Notes: generated by a model from the letters alone, not told the origin. A DNA stretch of 64,000 bases from an uncultured Syntrophomonadaceae bacterium (GCA_964506505.1 CAZDKY010000047.1:721-64720); one strand, 5' to 3'; positions 37,728-47,060 are shown, counted from the first letter of the stretch. Program-made: numbers and translations.

Positions 37728-39224
37728 CTATTTGGCGGACAGGGGTCCCTGTGGGAGTTCACTGATCCCGAGCTCCTTCATTATTGTGCCGGTAGATCTG
37801 TCGAGCTCTTCTTCCCTTTCTTTGGCCATGGGTGCCGGGATGTGGCTGCCGCGGATCTCTTCAACCTGTTCCTGAGCACGCTGGAAGGCATTCTTTCTAC
37901 CTTCATCTTCCCAATTCTTGCGGTCATTACGGTCTATGATCGCCGAGGGGAGGTATGGCTCTTTTTTAAACCATTTCAAGGTGTGCTCCGATTCAAGATA
38001 GTTTCCGCCGGGACCGAGTTCTTCGATCACATCAACAGCCAGCGATTCAGCAGAGCAGTCGATACCGCGGTGCATGCGCAGGGCCATGCCGCAGACTTCG
38101 TTGTCGATGGCCAGTTTCTCTAGGCTGAAAGTATTGACAAAATCAAGGCCTCCCGGTCCGGAAATCATGTTGATCCCGGCCAGCTGAGCGATGATTCCGC
38201 TCATTCCTGTTTCTATACCGGCCTGGGTATCGATGGTTTTCGAATCGCTGAGGGCTGCGTAAGTGTGGGTCGGCAGCCCAAAGTATTTACCCATCTGGGA
38301 GTAAGCAGCGGCGATCATGGTCGCTTCGACGGCGCTGAAGGGCGTTGTCCCAAAGCGCATATCAAACTGCACCGGGGCCCCGCCGTAGACCACCCGGGCA
38401 CCTGGATTGACGCACTGGGCCAGGACCAGGCCACTGAGGGTTTCCACAGTATGCAGGAGCAGAGATCCGCCCAGGGTGACAGGGCTGCCCGCTCCAGGCA
38501 TGGGCAGGGCTACCGTTTCCAGGGGCAGGTCATTGCGGGCACAGTCGATGATATTCTGGGCACTGATATGGGTCCACTTCAGGGGCGGCGACGGGCAGAT
38601 ATCAAATACGGCGCGCGGTTTTTCGCGCAACTCGTCGAGTCCGCCTACCGCTGCGGCGAGCATGTCGCGCATGTGAATGATCCCGGGGACACTGAAGGCC
38701 CCGGTGATGATCGCTTTCGGCGAATTCTTCAGGCAGAGATAGAGGCGGTAACTGTCAACAATCGACTTGGGCACATCGTAGCAAACCACAGAAGTCGACT
38801 GGAGGCGAATATTATCCAGGGCATCGTTAACCCTGCTGATGTCCACCATGTCTTTTGAACTGGTCTGACGGACAGTCTCGCCGTCCGATTCCATGAACTT
38901 AATCATGGATGAGCCGGGATCGAAATAGACATTGTCGTCGCTCATATCGGCAGCCAGTGAACCGTTGCGGTCATAAATTTTAAAGGAAGGCGGGGCCTGA
39001 TTAACGGCATCGTCGACCATGCGTGTGCTTATCCTGACCACCTTTTTCGCAGAATCGATTTTTGCCCCGTGATCCCGCAGGATATTGAGGGCCTCTTCCG
39101 ACTCGAACTTGACCCCGGTATTTTCGAGGACATGCAGAGCCTTCTGGTGAATAATTTTGATCTGTTCATCGCTGATCAGGCGCAGTTTGGGTTGGCTATT
39201 AAAACAGTATCTTTTTGGTTCCAT
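37728..39224 (-). CDS. MttB-superfamily methyltransferase without pyrrolysine (quaternary-amine/glycine-betaine:corrinoid methyltransferase-like, COG5598)
   Basis: About 498 aa and fully open with no internal amber. N-terminus EQIKIIHQKALHVLENTGVKFESEEAL is typical of the MttB TIM-barrel family. Ends in TAG. Start set at the ATG at 39224. Confidence 0.8.
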   Translation of the reverse strand: MEPKRYCFNSQPKLRLISDEQIKIIHQKALHVLENTGVKFESEEALNILRDHGAKIDSAKKVVRISTRMVDDAVNQAPPSFKIYDRNGSLAADMSDDNVYFDPGSSMIKFMESDGETVRQTSSKDMVDISRVNDALDNIRLQSTSVVCYDVPKSIVDSYRLYLCLKNSPKAIITGAFSVPGIIHMRDMLAAAVGGLDELREKPRAVFDICPSPPLKWTHISAQNIIDCARNDLPLETVALPMPGAGSPVTLGGSLLLHTVETLSGLVLAQCVNPGARVVYGGAPVQFDMRFGTTPFSAVEATMIAAAYSQMGKYFGLPTHTYAALSDSKTIDTQAGIETGMSGIIAQLAGINMISGPGGLDFVNTFSLEKLAIDNEVCGMALRMHRGIDCSAESLAVDVIEELGPGGNYLESEHTLKWFKKEPYLPSAIIDRNDRKNWEDEGRKNAFQRAQEQVEEIRGSHIPAPMAKEREEELDRSTGTIMKELGISELPQGPLSAK

Positions 39225-39277
39225 TTTGATTGCCTCCTTTCTCAAAAAAGAGCGGCAATAAGTTAATAAGTTAATAC

Positions 39278-39313
39278 ACAGGGTAGCTGAATGATAAACA
39301 GGGTAGCTGAATG
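39278..39313. repeat. 16-bp direct repeat ACAGGGTAGCTGAATG x2 (20-bp spacing) between kamA and the mttB-family gene
   Basis: Seen in sequence; the second copy ends at the kamA TAG stop. It is preceded by AAGTTAAT x2. Confidence 0.6.
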
Positions 39314-40573
39314 CTAGTTTTTTCCTTTTTTGATATCCGGTTCCATGGCCACGGCCCGGCCGTTAAGCAGGCCGGCAACGCCCAGTTCGTACTGAGTATG
39401 TTTGCCGCCGCAGAGCGGGCAAACTTTGTCAGGATCGACCATGCGGTGCGGTTCGGTGTAGGTATAGGTACCGCCTTCAAAATTGCGCAGGACTACCCGG
39501 TATGGTGACTGGCTGATCAGGTACTGGGGCATGACAGGGATCTTGCCGCCTCCGCCGGGAGCGTCGACAACAAATGTAGGCACGCCCATGCCAGTGGTGT
39601 GCCCGCGCAGGTTTTCGATGATCTCCAGGCCGGCGGCCACGGAGGTGCGAAAATGCTCGATACCCTGCGAGAGGTCGCACTGGTAAACATAGTACGGTTT
39701 GACCCGGATTTTAAGCAGTTCATGGCTCAGCTTTTTCATCACCTGCGGGCAGTCGTTGACTCCGGCCAGCAGTACGGACTGGTTGCCCAGGGGGATACCG
39801 GCATCAGCCAGGCGTGCGCAGGCAGCCGCCGATTCAGGGGTCACTTCTTTCGGGTGATTGAACTGAACGTTGATGTAGACAGGATGATATTTCGCCAGCA
39901 GCTTACAGAGTTCAGGGGTGATGCGCTGGGGCATAACTACCGGAGTACGGGTGCCGAAACGAATTATTTCAACGTGCTCGATGGAACGCAGTTCTTTTAG
40001 CAGGTATTCAATTAGCTCATCGCCGATCAGGAGGCCGTCACCGCCGGAAAGAAGGACGTCGCGCACCACGGGAGTGTGGCGGATGTAGTCGATGGCAGCA
40101 TCAATCTGCTCACGGGTGCGGGCCTTATCGGTGGCTCCGGCCAAACGCCGACGGGTGCAGTGGCGGCAGTACATGGAGCACTGGTCAGTAACCAGGAATA
40201 GAACACGGTCCGGGTAACGGTGGGTCAGTCCGGTAACCGGCGAGTCTACATCTTCATGCAGGGGATCGGTCATGTCCGATACCGAGCTGTGGGTCTCCAG
40301 CGCGGTGGGTACTGCCTGTTTGCGCACCGGGCAATTGGGATCATCCGGATCGATCAGGGTCGCATAGTAAGGAGTAATAGCCATGCGGAATTTCTGAAGG
40401 CATTTTTCAACGCCCTCCGCTTCTTCATCGCTCAGATCAATTAGCTGTTTCAGCTTATCAAGGGTGGTAATGCGGTTGCGAACTTGCCAGCGCCAGTCAT
40501 CCCATTGTTCGGGAGTGACATCCTTCCAGAGTTCTATTTCACGGTAATCTCTCATTGTCAATTCTCCTTTCAA
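39314..40573 (-). CDS. kamA: L-lysine 2,3-aminomutase (radical SAM)
   Basis: Near-colinear with B. subtilis KamA (EIELWKDV..., CSMYCRHCTRRR radical-SAM cluster motif, PLP region); ends in TAG. Confidence 0.92.
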   Translation of the reverse strand: MKGELTMRDYREIELWKDVTPEQWDDWRWQVRNRITTLDKLKQLIDLSDEEAEGVEKCLQKFRMAITPYYATLIDPDDPNCPVRKQAVPTALETHSSVSDMTDPLHEDVDSPVTGLTHRYPDRVLFLVTDQCSMYCRHCTRRRLAGATDKARTREQIDAAIDYIRHTPVVRDVLLSGGDGLLIGDELIEYLLKELRSIEHVEIIRFGTRTPVVMPQRITPELCKLLAKYHPVYINVQFNHPKEVTPESAAACARLADAGIPLGNQSVLLAGVNDCPQVMKKLSHELLKIRVKPYYVYQCDLSQGIEHFRTSVAAGLEIIENLRGHTTGMGVPTFVVDAPGGGGKIPVMPQYLISQSPYRVVLRNFEGGTYTYTEPHRMVDPDKVCPLCGGKHTQYELGVAGLLNGRAVAMEPDIKKGKN

Positions 40574-41017
40574 TTATTTCAAATGGAGTTCGTATGCTAC
40601 CGAATCGGTGGTGAAACCGTGCTTTTCGTAAAGATTGCGCGCTTCTTTGTTAACATTCAGGGCAGTCAGCTCCAGACGGCAAAGATTATGCTCTCTGGCA
40701 ACTTCAATAATGCGTCTGATCAATAGATCAGCCAACCCGCGGCAGCGATAAGCCGGATCGACAACAACATCTTCGACGTGACCGTACCATTGGCCGTTCC
40801 AGGTTGAAAAGTGTCCCATGTGCAGGCTGGCAGTACCGGTAACCACTCCCTCGATGAGGATGATAAAGATGAGGACCCTCTGGGGATGTCCCATGCAGTA
40901 TTGGAAACTGCGCTTCAACATTTCCGGTGAAACCTCTTTGCGATAAAAGTCGAGGAGTATTTTCCAGAGGCGGCATACCGCTGTTTCATCTGCTGCTGTG
41001 GCCAATCGTATCTCCAT
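40574..41017 (-). CDS. GNAT N-acetyltransferase, putative beta-lysine N-acetyltransferase (AblB-like by context)
   Basis: GNAT motifs (YRCRGLADLLIRR, YEKHGF). Its stop abuts the kamA start with no gap, the same pairing as ablA/ablB and yodP/kamA. At 147 aa it is shorter than the characterised AblB/YodP. Confidence 0.6.
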   Translation of the reverse strand: MEIRLATAADETAVCRLWKILLDFYRKEVSPEMLKRSFQYCMGHPQRVLIFIILIEGVVTGTASLHMGHFSTWNGQWYGHVEDVVVDPAYRCRGLADLLIRRIIEVAREHNLCRLELTALNVNKEARNLYEKHGFTTDSVAYELHLK

Positions 41018-41263
41018 ATTTTATTGTTCCCTTTCCGGTCCGTTATTCGCTACCTTTATTTTAACAAATAAAAGATCATTTAGTAAATAAGATTAGATTC
41101 GTTAATTGCCTTATCCTGCTTTTATATTTTTATTAATTATCCGGAAAAATTTCTTTGTCAGAAATAGTTTCCTGCAAATTTGTTTTCAGAAAAAATTGAG
41201 GTAAAATGTTTTGTTTAGATTTATCAATAATTTTAAAAAACCGCTATTAAACCGCTTATACCG

Positions 41264-41294
41264 AAAAAAAACCGGCCCGAAGGCCGGCTTTTTA
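41264..41294. terminator. bidirectional rho-independent terminator
   Basis: A8-CCGGCC-cgaa-GGCCGG-T5; lies downstream of nhaC. Confidence 0.65.
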
Positions 41295-41354
41295 AACTAC
41301 TTTTTTTGTCCCGCTTATAACCGCTACTTCGCTTTTTACGGTTTTAGGCGGCAA

Positions 41355-42926
41355 TTATTTCTTCTGACTTGCTTCGATTGATTCGGCATCCGCGGTCGTT
41401 CTGCCCACCAGACGGACAAAGATGATCAGGACAATGATCCCGAGGACTATCGAAATCAACGGATGTACGCCCAGGCCGGCCGGGATAAAGCCAAATATAC
41501 CGGACACTATCGCCCCGGTGAGGGCATAGGGAATCTGGGTGCGCACATGGTCGATATGGTCCGATCCGGCACCGGTGGAAGAAAGAATGGTGGTGTCGGA
41601 TAGCGGCGAGCAGTGGTCGCCGAAGATCGCTCCGGTCAGCACGGCAGCCATGGTGGGGATAATAAATTGTTCCCCGCCGAGGGCAAAGGCAACCGGAACA
41701 GCCAGAGGAATGACGATCCCCATTGTGCCCCAGGAGGTGCCCATGGCAAAGGCCATGAAACAGGAAATGATGAAGATCAGGAGGGGCATAACCGCTATGC
41801 CTAATCCTGTCTTTTCGACGACACTGACCAGGTACTCAGCGGCTCCCAGTTCACCGGAGACATAGCTGAGAGACCAGGCCAGAACCAGGATGATCAGGGC
41901 CGGGAAAACCGACTTGGCCCCGTTGATCAGGGTATCGATAGCCTGCTGCAGGGGAACTATCCTCTGGGCGAGGACCATAACGATTGTTACAAGGGCTCCC
42001 AGGCTGGAAGACCAGAGCAGCACGACTGTGGAGTCGGCATTGCCGAAAGCTTCCATGATCCCCACTTCTCCCCCGCCTCCATGGATATAGAGGCCGACGA
42101 AGGTGGCGATAATAATCACCAGGACAGGGATGACGAAGTTGTACCAGCGCATCGGTGTGCCTTCTTCCGGCTGGAGGACTGCCGTGTCGGTGGCCGACAG
42201 CGGCTCCGCTCCTTCACGCAGCAGCTGACCGGTGGTGCGGGCCCTTACTTCAGCATTGTACATGGGACCGAAGTCCTTCATGGTAATAGCCAGGATCAGC
42301 ACCAGGGCAATGGCAAAGATGCTATAAAAACGGTAGGGAATGCTCTGCAGGAAAATCAGGTAAACCGGCACTTCTTCCATACCGATTGCGGCATAGCCTT
42401 CCCCGATAACCCCGAGCTCGAAACCGATCCAGGTCGAAATGAGAGCTACTGTAGCAATAGGCGCCGCGGTGCTGTCAATGATATAAGATAGCTTTTCACG
42501 GGATACTTTCACCGCGTCAGTAATGGGGCGGGCAGTGTTGCCGGCAATAATACAGCTGGAGTAGTCATCAAAGAAGATGATCATCCCCATCAGCCAGGCG
42601 GCAATCATCCCGCCGCGGGCGCTTTTCACTTTCTTGGTCAGGGCGTCGGCGATTGCCTGAGCCCCGCCGGCCTTGGTTACCAGACCAAGGGTTCCCGCGA
42701 TAATCATGGTAAAAATAAGGATCGCTGCATACCATGGGTCGGCAGCGCTTTCCAGCATGTAGGTATCAACAGAACGGAAAAAGCCGGTAATCGGATTCGC
42801 ATGCAGGAAGGATGCTCCAAGCCAGACGGCAATAAAAAGGGAAATAATTACCTGGCGGGTTGCAATAGCCAGTACAATAGCCAGGAGCGGCGGTAAAATA
42901 GATAAAAATCCATATTCCATAAACAA
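41355..42926 (-). CDS. nhaC: NhaC-family Na+/H+ antiporter
   Basis: 523-aa polytopic membrane protein with an NhaC-like N-terminus and topology. Confidence 0.8.
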   Translation of the reverse strand: MFMEYGFLSILPPLLAIVLAIATRQVIISLFIAVWLGASFLHANPITGFFRSVDTYMLESAADPWYAAILIFTMIIAGTLGLVTKAGGAQAIADALTKKVKSARGGMIAAWLMGMIIFFDDYSSCIIAGNTARPITDAVKVSREKLSYIIDSTAAPIATVALISTWIGFELGVIGEGYAAIGMEEVPVYLIFLQSIPYRFYSIFAIALVLILAITMKDFGPMYNAEVRARTTGQLLREGAEPLSATDTAVLQPEEGTPMRWYNFVIPVLVIIIATFVGLYIHGGGGEVGIMEAFGNADSTVVLLWSSSLGALVTIVMVLAQRIVPLQQAIDTLINGAKSVFPALIILVLAWSLSYVSGELGAAEYLVSVVEKTGLGIAVMPLLIFIISCFMAFAMGTSWGTMGIVIPLAVPVAFALGGEQFIIPTMAAVLTGAIFGDHCSPLSDTTILSSTGAGSDHIDHVRTQIPYALTGAIVSGIFGFIPAGLGVHPLISIVLGIIVLIIFVRLVGRTTADAESIEASQKK

Positions 42927-43195
42927 TACCTCCTAATACTTAGTTGTTCATCATTTAAGATCAAACGTTTGCTGAACCTTTAGAAAGATTTAGTCCCCCT
43001 TTCCGATCCAGTACACTTATTTTTTTATTTCTTCATTGCTGCTCATATTCCTGCATACCGGAGCTTGGAATATACCAAAAATGGACGATAAAAGTTATAA
43101 TGGTAAAGAACGAAATAAAATATGCCGAACCCGAGTCTTCCCGATAGCCTGGATTAACCGGTATACAGGGTCACAGGGGTTAATCGGGATACAGA

Positions 43196-43795
43196 ATGGT
43201 GGTTACAGAAATGCCCTGGGGATTCAACTGGCTCGATGCAGCAATCGCGGCTTTTGTCCTTATTTTTATTATTGCAGGTCTAACGGCCGGTTTGATTAAA
43301 AGCGCTTTCACGATCGTCGGTCTTTTAACCGGCCTGTTCCTGGCTGCAAAATATTATGCGTCTGTGGGGAACCTGATCGCCGGGTATATCGACATGCCCC
43401 GTTTTGTTGCTGATACGGTTGGTTTTTTAACCATTTTTCTCGCCACGGCCGTGATCATTCATACTCTGGGGCATGCCGCAGCAGCGGTAACCCGCTTTCA
43501 GCCGCTGAAGGTACTTGACAGGTTCGGCGGTCTGGCCATCGGCCTGTTATTCGGTCTGGCAATATGCGGCTTAATTTTGATCCTGCTGGCCGCTTTACCA
43601 ATCTATGCCAATTTCCCTGATCAGATCGAAAAATCACAGCTAGCCCTGCCGATAATGGAGTTAACCCGTGACCTCTTTGAACAATTCGACAATTATCTGC
43701 CTTTCAACCTTCCGCTGACGCGTGACAGGGTGACGGAGGATCTGACAACTTTTTCGTGTCAGTTCGACAGGCAGATGCACCATATGGACGGATAG
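43196..43795 (+). CDS. cvpA: CvpA-family membrane protein
   Basis: N-terminus FNWLDAAIAAFVLIFIIAGLTAGLIKSAF and four transmembrane segments resembling colicin V production protein; ends in TAG. Confidence 0.75.
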   Translation: MVVTEMPWGFNWLDAAIAAFVLIFIIAGLTAGLIKSAFTIVGLLTGLFLAAKYYASVGNLIAGYIDMPRFVADTVGFLTIFLATAVIIHTLGHAAAAVTRFQPLKVLDRFGGLAIGLLFGLAICGLILILLAALPIYANFPDQIEKSQLALPIMELTRDLFEQFDNYLPFNLPLTRDRVTEDLTTFSCQFDRQMHHMDG

Positions 43796-43806
43796 ATAGT
43801 TATTGG

Positions 43807-44451
43807 TTAACTTTTTAGCAGTTCCAGGACTTTATTTACCCCTTCAGCGGCATCTTCGGCATAGGCATCAGCACCGATCTTGTCAGCCCAGCGCTGGGTG
43901 CAAGGGGCACCGCCGATTATGGTTTTATATTTTTCCCGCATGCCGCGCTTGCGAAGCTCTGCCTCGAGCTTCTCCTGGTTGGGCATGGTCGTGGTCAGCA
44001 GGGCGCTGGTGCCGATCACATTTGCACCGTTCTTTTCAGCTTCCTCAATGATTTTTTCTACCGGGACATCCCGGCCCAGATCGATTACCTCCACACCCTG
44101 GGTCTGGATCAGGGCCAACGCAATGCCCTTGCCAATGTCGTGCACGTCTCCTTCCACGGTGGCGAATACCATCTTGCCCACTGTTTTGGACGCCTTGTCT
44201 TCCAGGGCGGAATTAAGAATCTCGACCGCTGCTTTCATCGCTTCCGAAGCGAGGATCATTTCCGGCAGGAAAACTTCTCCCCTGCTGAAGAGGTCCCCGA
44301 TTTCCCGGATGCCCACGCTGTAGCCATCAGTCAGTACTTTCACCGGATCGAGGCCTTCATCGAGGGCTTGTTCAGCGACGGCAACTGCCTTTTCCTGATC
44401 GATATCGAGAATTGATTGTTTGGCTTCATTTAAAATTGTTTTTAGGCTCAA
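43807..44451 (-). CDS. mtbC: cobalamin-binding corrinoid protein for a methylamine methyltransferase (MtbC-like)
   Basis: B12-binding_2 helical cap followed by a Rossmann B12-binding domain with the DxHxxG motif (EGDVHDIGKG); 20 nt downstream of mtbB. Confidence 0.8.
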   Translation of the reverse strand: MSLKTILNEAKQSILDIDQEKAVAVAEQALDEGLDPVKVLTDGYSVGIREIGDLFSRGEVFLPEMILASEAMKAAVEILNSALEDKASKTVGKMVFATVEGDVHDIGKGIALALIQTQGVEVIDLGRDVPVEKIIEEAEKNGANVIGTSALLTTTMPNQEKLEAELRKRGMREKYKTIIGGAPCTQRWADKIGADAYAEDAAEGVNKVLELLKS

Positions 44452-44470
44452 ATCAGAACACTCCTTGTTT

Positions 44471-45859
44471 TTAGAATCCGGCTTTTTCTTTGAAAAGCTC
44501 GACCGAGTTTATAGTGATACCCAGCACCCGGGCTATATTTATTTTGGCTTCGATTCCCTTGGGGGCCTGGTTGAGCTCAAAAGGCCGACCCAGGTTCAAT
44601 TTCTTCCGTATTTCAAACATACGGTCCGAGTCGCTCAAATCGATGGGCTCGACACCCAGTTTTTCGGCGACATACTTTTTGGCTTCGTCAATTTTCATGC
44701 TTTTCGCCAGCTGCATCCGCAGAACCAGATCTCCGGCTGTGCGTATGCCGCTCATACATGAAGAAAGAGTATGGGCCACTTCGAGGCTGAAAGGATCGCC
44801 CACGCCTATCTACAATCCGTCGGCTTTGCCGATTTCAATCAGGGCCTTGTCGGCCCTGGTGACGGCATCAATCGGCGGAATCTCGGTCATCGGTACTCCC
44901 CCGACGCCCATGCCCACATTAATATGAAGAGGTATTTCCGCCACTTCGCTGCAGGCCTTGATAAAGGTCACCGTGCGGGCCAGGTTCCAGGGAAAAGACT
45001 TGCTGGTGTTGGTATTGACAACCGGCCCGAAGATATTGGCACCTGCTTTCTCGGCCAGCTTTACCTGCTTGTGGGGATAGAGCCCGGCAATCCTCGTGCC
45101 TGCGTATTCCAGCTTGCCGTGCATGCCGAGGACGAATTCTCCGGCAGCGCCGAACTCCACACCCAGGTTGGGATATTTCTCCTTGATCTGCTCGGTAGCC
45201 AGCAGGCTGGCCTGGTAATCGGCATCGCCGGAAGCGCCACAGGTATCAAGGTTAATCCCGTCAGCCCCGGCAGCGTACATCTCCCCGGCTACAAAAACCA
45301 TATCGCGGACGGCATGTTCTACCGCTTCTTCCTGGGCAGCCCTTGCCTCGTCGATTTTAGCCATGGGCAGCAGTTCCGACCAGTTGTCAACCGGGCCGTC
45401 CGGCTTGGTATAAAGACCGAGGTTGGGCATGGAACCGTAGAGAACCGGCATCACCGCATTCAGCTGGGCCAGTTCCATAACCGGCGTTTCGTTATGCACG
45501 ATCTGTTTGACCGCCTTGTAGCTGTAATCCATATTGCCGATATCAACCGAATCGGCGCCCAGAACTTTCTCACTGATCATCACCGAGGTGGAACGCTCCA
45601 TGGCGATATTGGCATGATAGGTCATCTTGCAACTGCCGGAATCGGAGGTGTTGACCACTTCACGACCCCGCTCGACCCCGACGATGTTTCCGGGCATGGT
45701 AACGATTTCGAAAATGTAATCCATTTCTTCCGCAGTCAGTTCGGGTATCTTCCCGCGGTCGGCGGCATCTTTAACACCCTGGAGTATATCTTCCTTGATT
45801 TCCTCCGCGCTCATATAGACGCCCGAGCCGTCGCCCATGCGTGTAAAATATTTATCCAA
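44471..45859 (-). CDS. mtbB: dimethylamine:corrinoid methyltransferase MtbB, pyrrolysine-containing, with an in-frame UAG at 44812..44810
   Basis: Track ORFs 44810..45931 and 44471..44803 are in the same frame, separated only by TAG and two codons (...IGKADGL-TAG-IGVGDPFSLEV...). The joined 462-codon product matches MtbB along its length: N-terminus (M)DKYFTRMGDGSGVY resembles the archaeal MATEYALRMGDGKRVY; GMGVGGVPM is conserved near the amber position; the UAG falls at about codon 350, against about 356 in Methanosarcina MtbB. TTG start at 45859 with AAAGGAGGG 8 nt upstream. A corrinoid-protein gene follows. Confidence 0.8.
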
Positions 45860-46078
45860 CGCAAAAACCCTCCTTTGCCTGTTATTTAGTGGGTAGCTCT
45901 CTTCGCAGAGGAGCCCTGGTAAAAGGATCATGGCTCCGGCCGGGAAAGAGTACCGGCAGGCCTTTCTTCAGGTCCATCCGCAATTCTTTAACTGTTGTTC
46001 TTCAGCGAGCAATTCTTAATCCCACTGTTTCAGTATAATTGATGGCCGGCAAAAAAACAATTGCCCATTTAGTTAATC

Positions 46079-46753
46079 TTATGAGGATACTTCTTCCAGC
46101 ACCGCTGGAGAGTCATTGGCCGGATTGTTGACCAGGCGTGAAACGGGACGGACATAAAATTCATCGGCCGGGTAAGGGGTCAACATTGAGACAAGATCTT
46201 CTGTGAGAGTAGACGGATCGAGCCAGCGCTCATATTCATCTGGCGAAATAATCACCGGCATGCGGTTGTGCAAAGCAGCGACCAGTTCGTTCGGCTCTGT
46301 GGTCAAAATAGTAAATGTTTCCAGTTGCTTTGAACCCTTTTCCCACCGTTCCCATAGACCGGCCAGGGAAAAAGGTCGGTTGTCGCGGCGAAAAATGTAA
46401 TAGGGCCGCTTGCTACTTCCTTCTTTTTTCCATTCATAGAAACCGGTGGCAGGTATGAGCAGCCTTCTTTTTTTGAAGGCGTCCCGGAAAGCCGGCTTTT
46501 CAGCAGCCGTTTCAGCCCTGGCATTGATCATCCGGTTGCCTATTGATTCGTCATCAGCCCAGAAAGGTACCAGACCCCACTTTAGCTCAACCAGTTCCTT
46601 TCCGCTACCTCCAGGCGCCAGGCGCAGGCCTGGCACTTCCTGGGAGGGGGCAATGTTGTAGCGGGGCTGCAGGTCGAAATCGGCCCGCAGTTCCATATCA
46701 TAGAGCATTTCAATGATATACTTCTCGGTAACCAGAGCAAAACGTCCGCACAT
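46079..46753 (-). CDS. yedK: SOS-response-associated peptidase (SRAP / YedK family), abasic-site DNA-protein crosslink
   Basis: MCGRF N-terminus with catalytic Cys2 and SRAP fold motifs. Start set at the ATG at 46753, 4 nt after the upstream gene's stop; ends in TAG. Confidence 0.85.
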   Translation of the reverse strand: MCGRFALVTEKYIIEMLYDMELRADFDLQPRYNIAPSQEVPGLRLAPGGSGKELVELKWGLVPFWADDESIGNRMINARAETAAEKPAFRDAFKKRRLLIPATGFYEWKKEGSSKRPYYIFRRDNRPFSLAGLWERWEKGSKQLETFTILTTEPNELVAALHNRMPVIISPDEYERWLDPSTLTEDLVSMLTPYPADEFYVRPVSRLVNNPANDSPAVLEEVSS

Positions 46754-46757
46754 GCCG

Positions 46758-47060
46758 TCATTCTCCCTTTTCTTTAACATCTTCTTTAACATCATAAAAA
46801 CCCAGGTTAAAGCGGTGGATGGAAGGAACTCCCGGCGGAACAAAGGCAACCCGGTCCCCATCATGCAGTGTTGTCGACAGGGGTTTGATCACCCTGTTGA
46901 TAAAAACGGCTTCGACATCTTCAGCGGGGATGTCGAGTTTTTCACGCAGTTCATCGGCTGAAAGAGGTTCCTTTATTTCATGATGAAGAGGGTTGTCCCA
47001 CCCCCGCTCCCTGAAAAGAAAATACAGTTTACCGAATGCCCTTACATCTATGACTGTCAT
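46758..47060 (-). CDS. MoaD/ThiS-like ubiquitin-fold protein (Ub-Mut7C-like), no terminal GG
   Basis: 100-aa beta-grasp pattern (MTVIDVRAFGKL...LDIPAEDVEAVFINRV...DGDRVAFVPP); ends ...KEKGE, not GG. Confidence 0.5.
   Translation of the reverse strand: MTVIDVRAFGKLYFLFRERGWDNPLHHEIKEPLSADELREKLDIPAEDVEAVFINRVIKPLSTTLHDGDRVAFVPPGVPSIHRFNLGFYDVKEDVKEKGE

Noticed and set aside
45932-46078. Searched the mtbB upstream gap for a tRNA-Pyl (pylT) gene.
   Set aside because: No cloverleaf-compatible sequence with a CUA anticodon. There is only a short imperfect hairpin (GGGTAGCTCTC...GAGGAGCCC) consistent with a 5' UTR.
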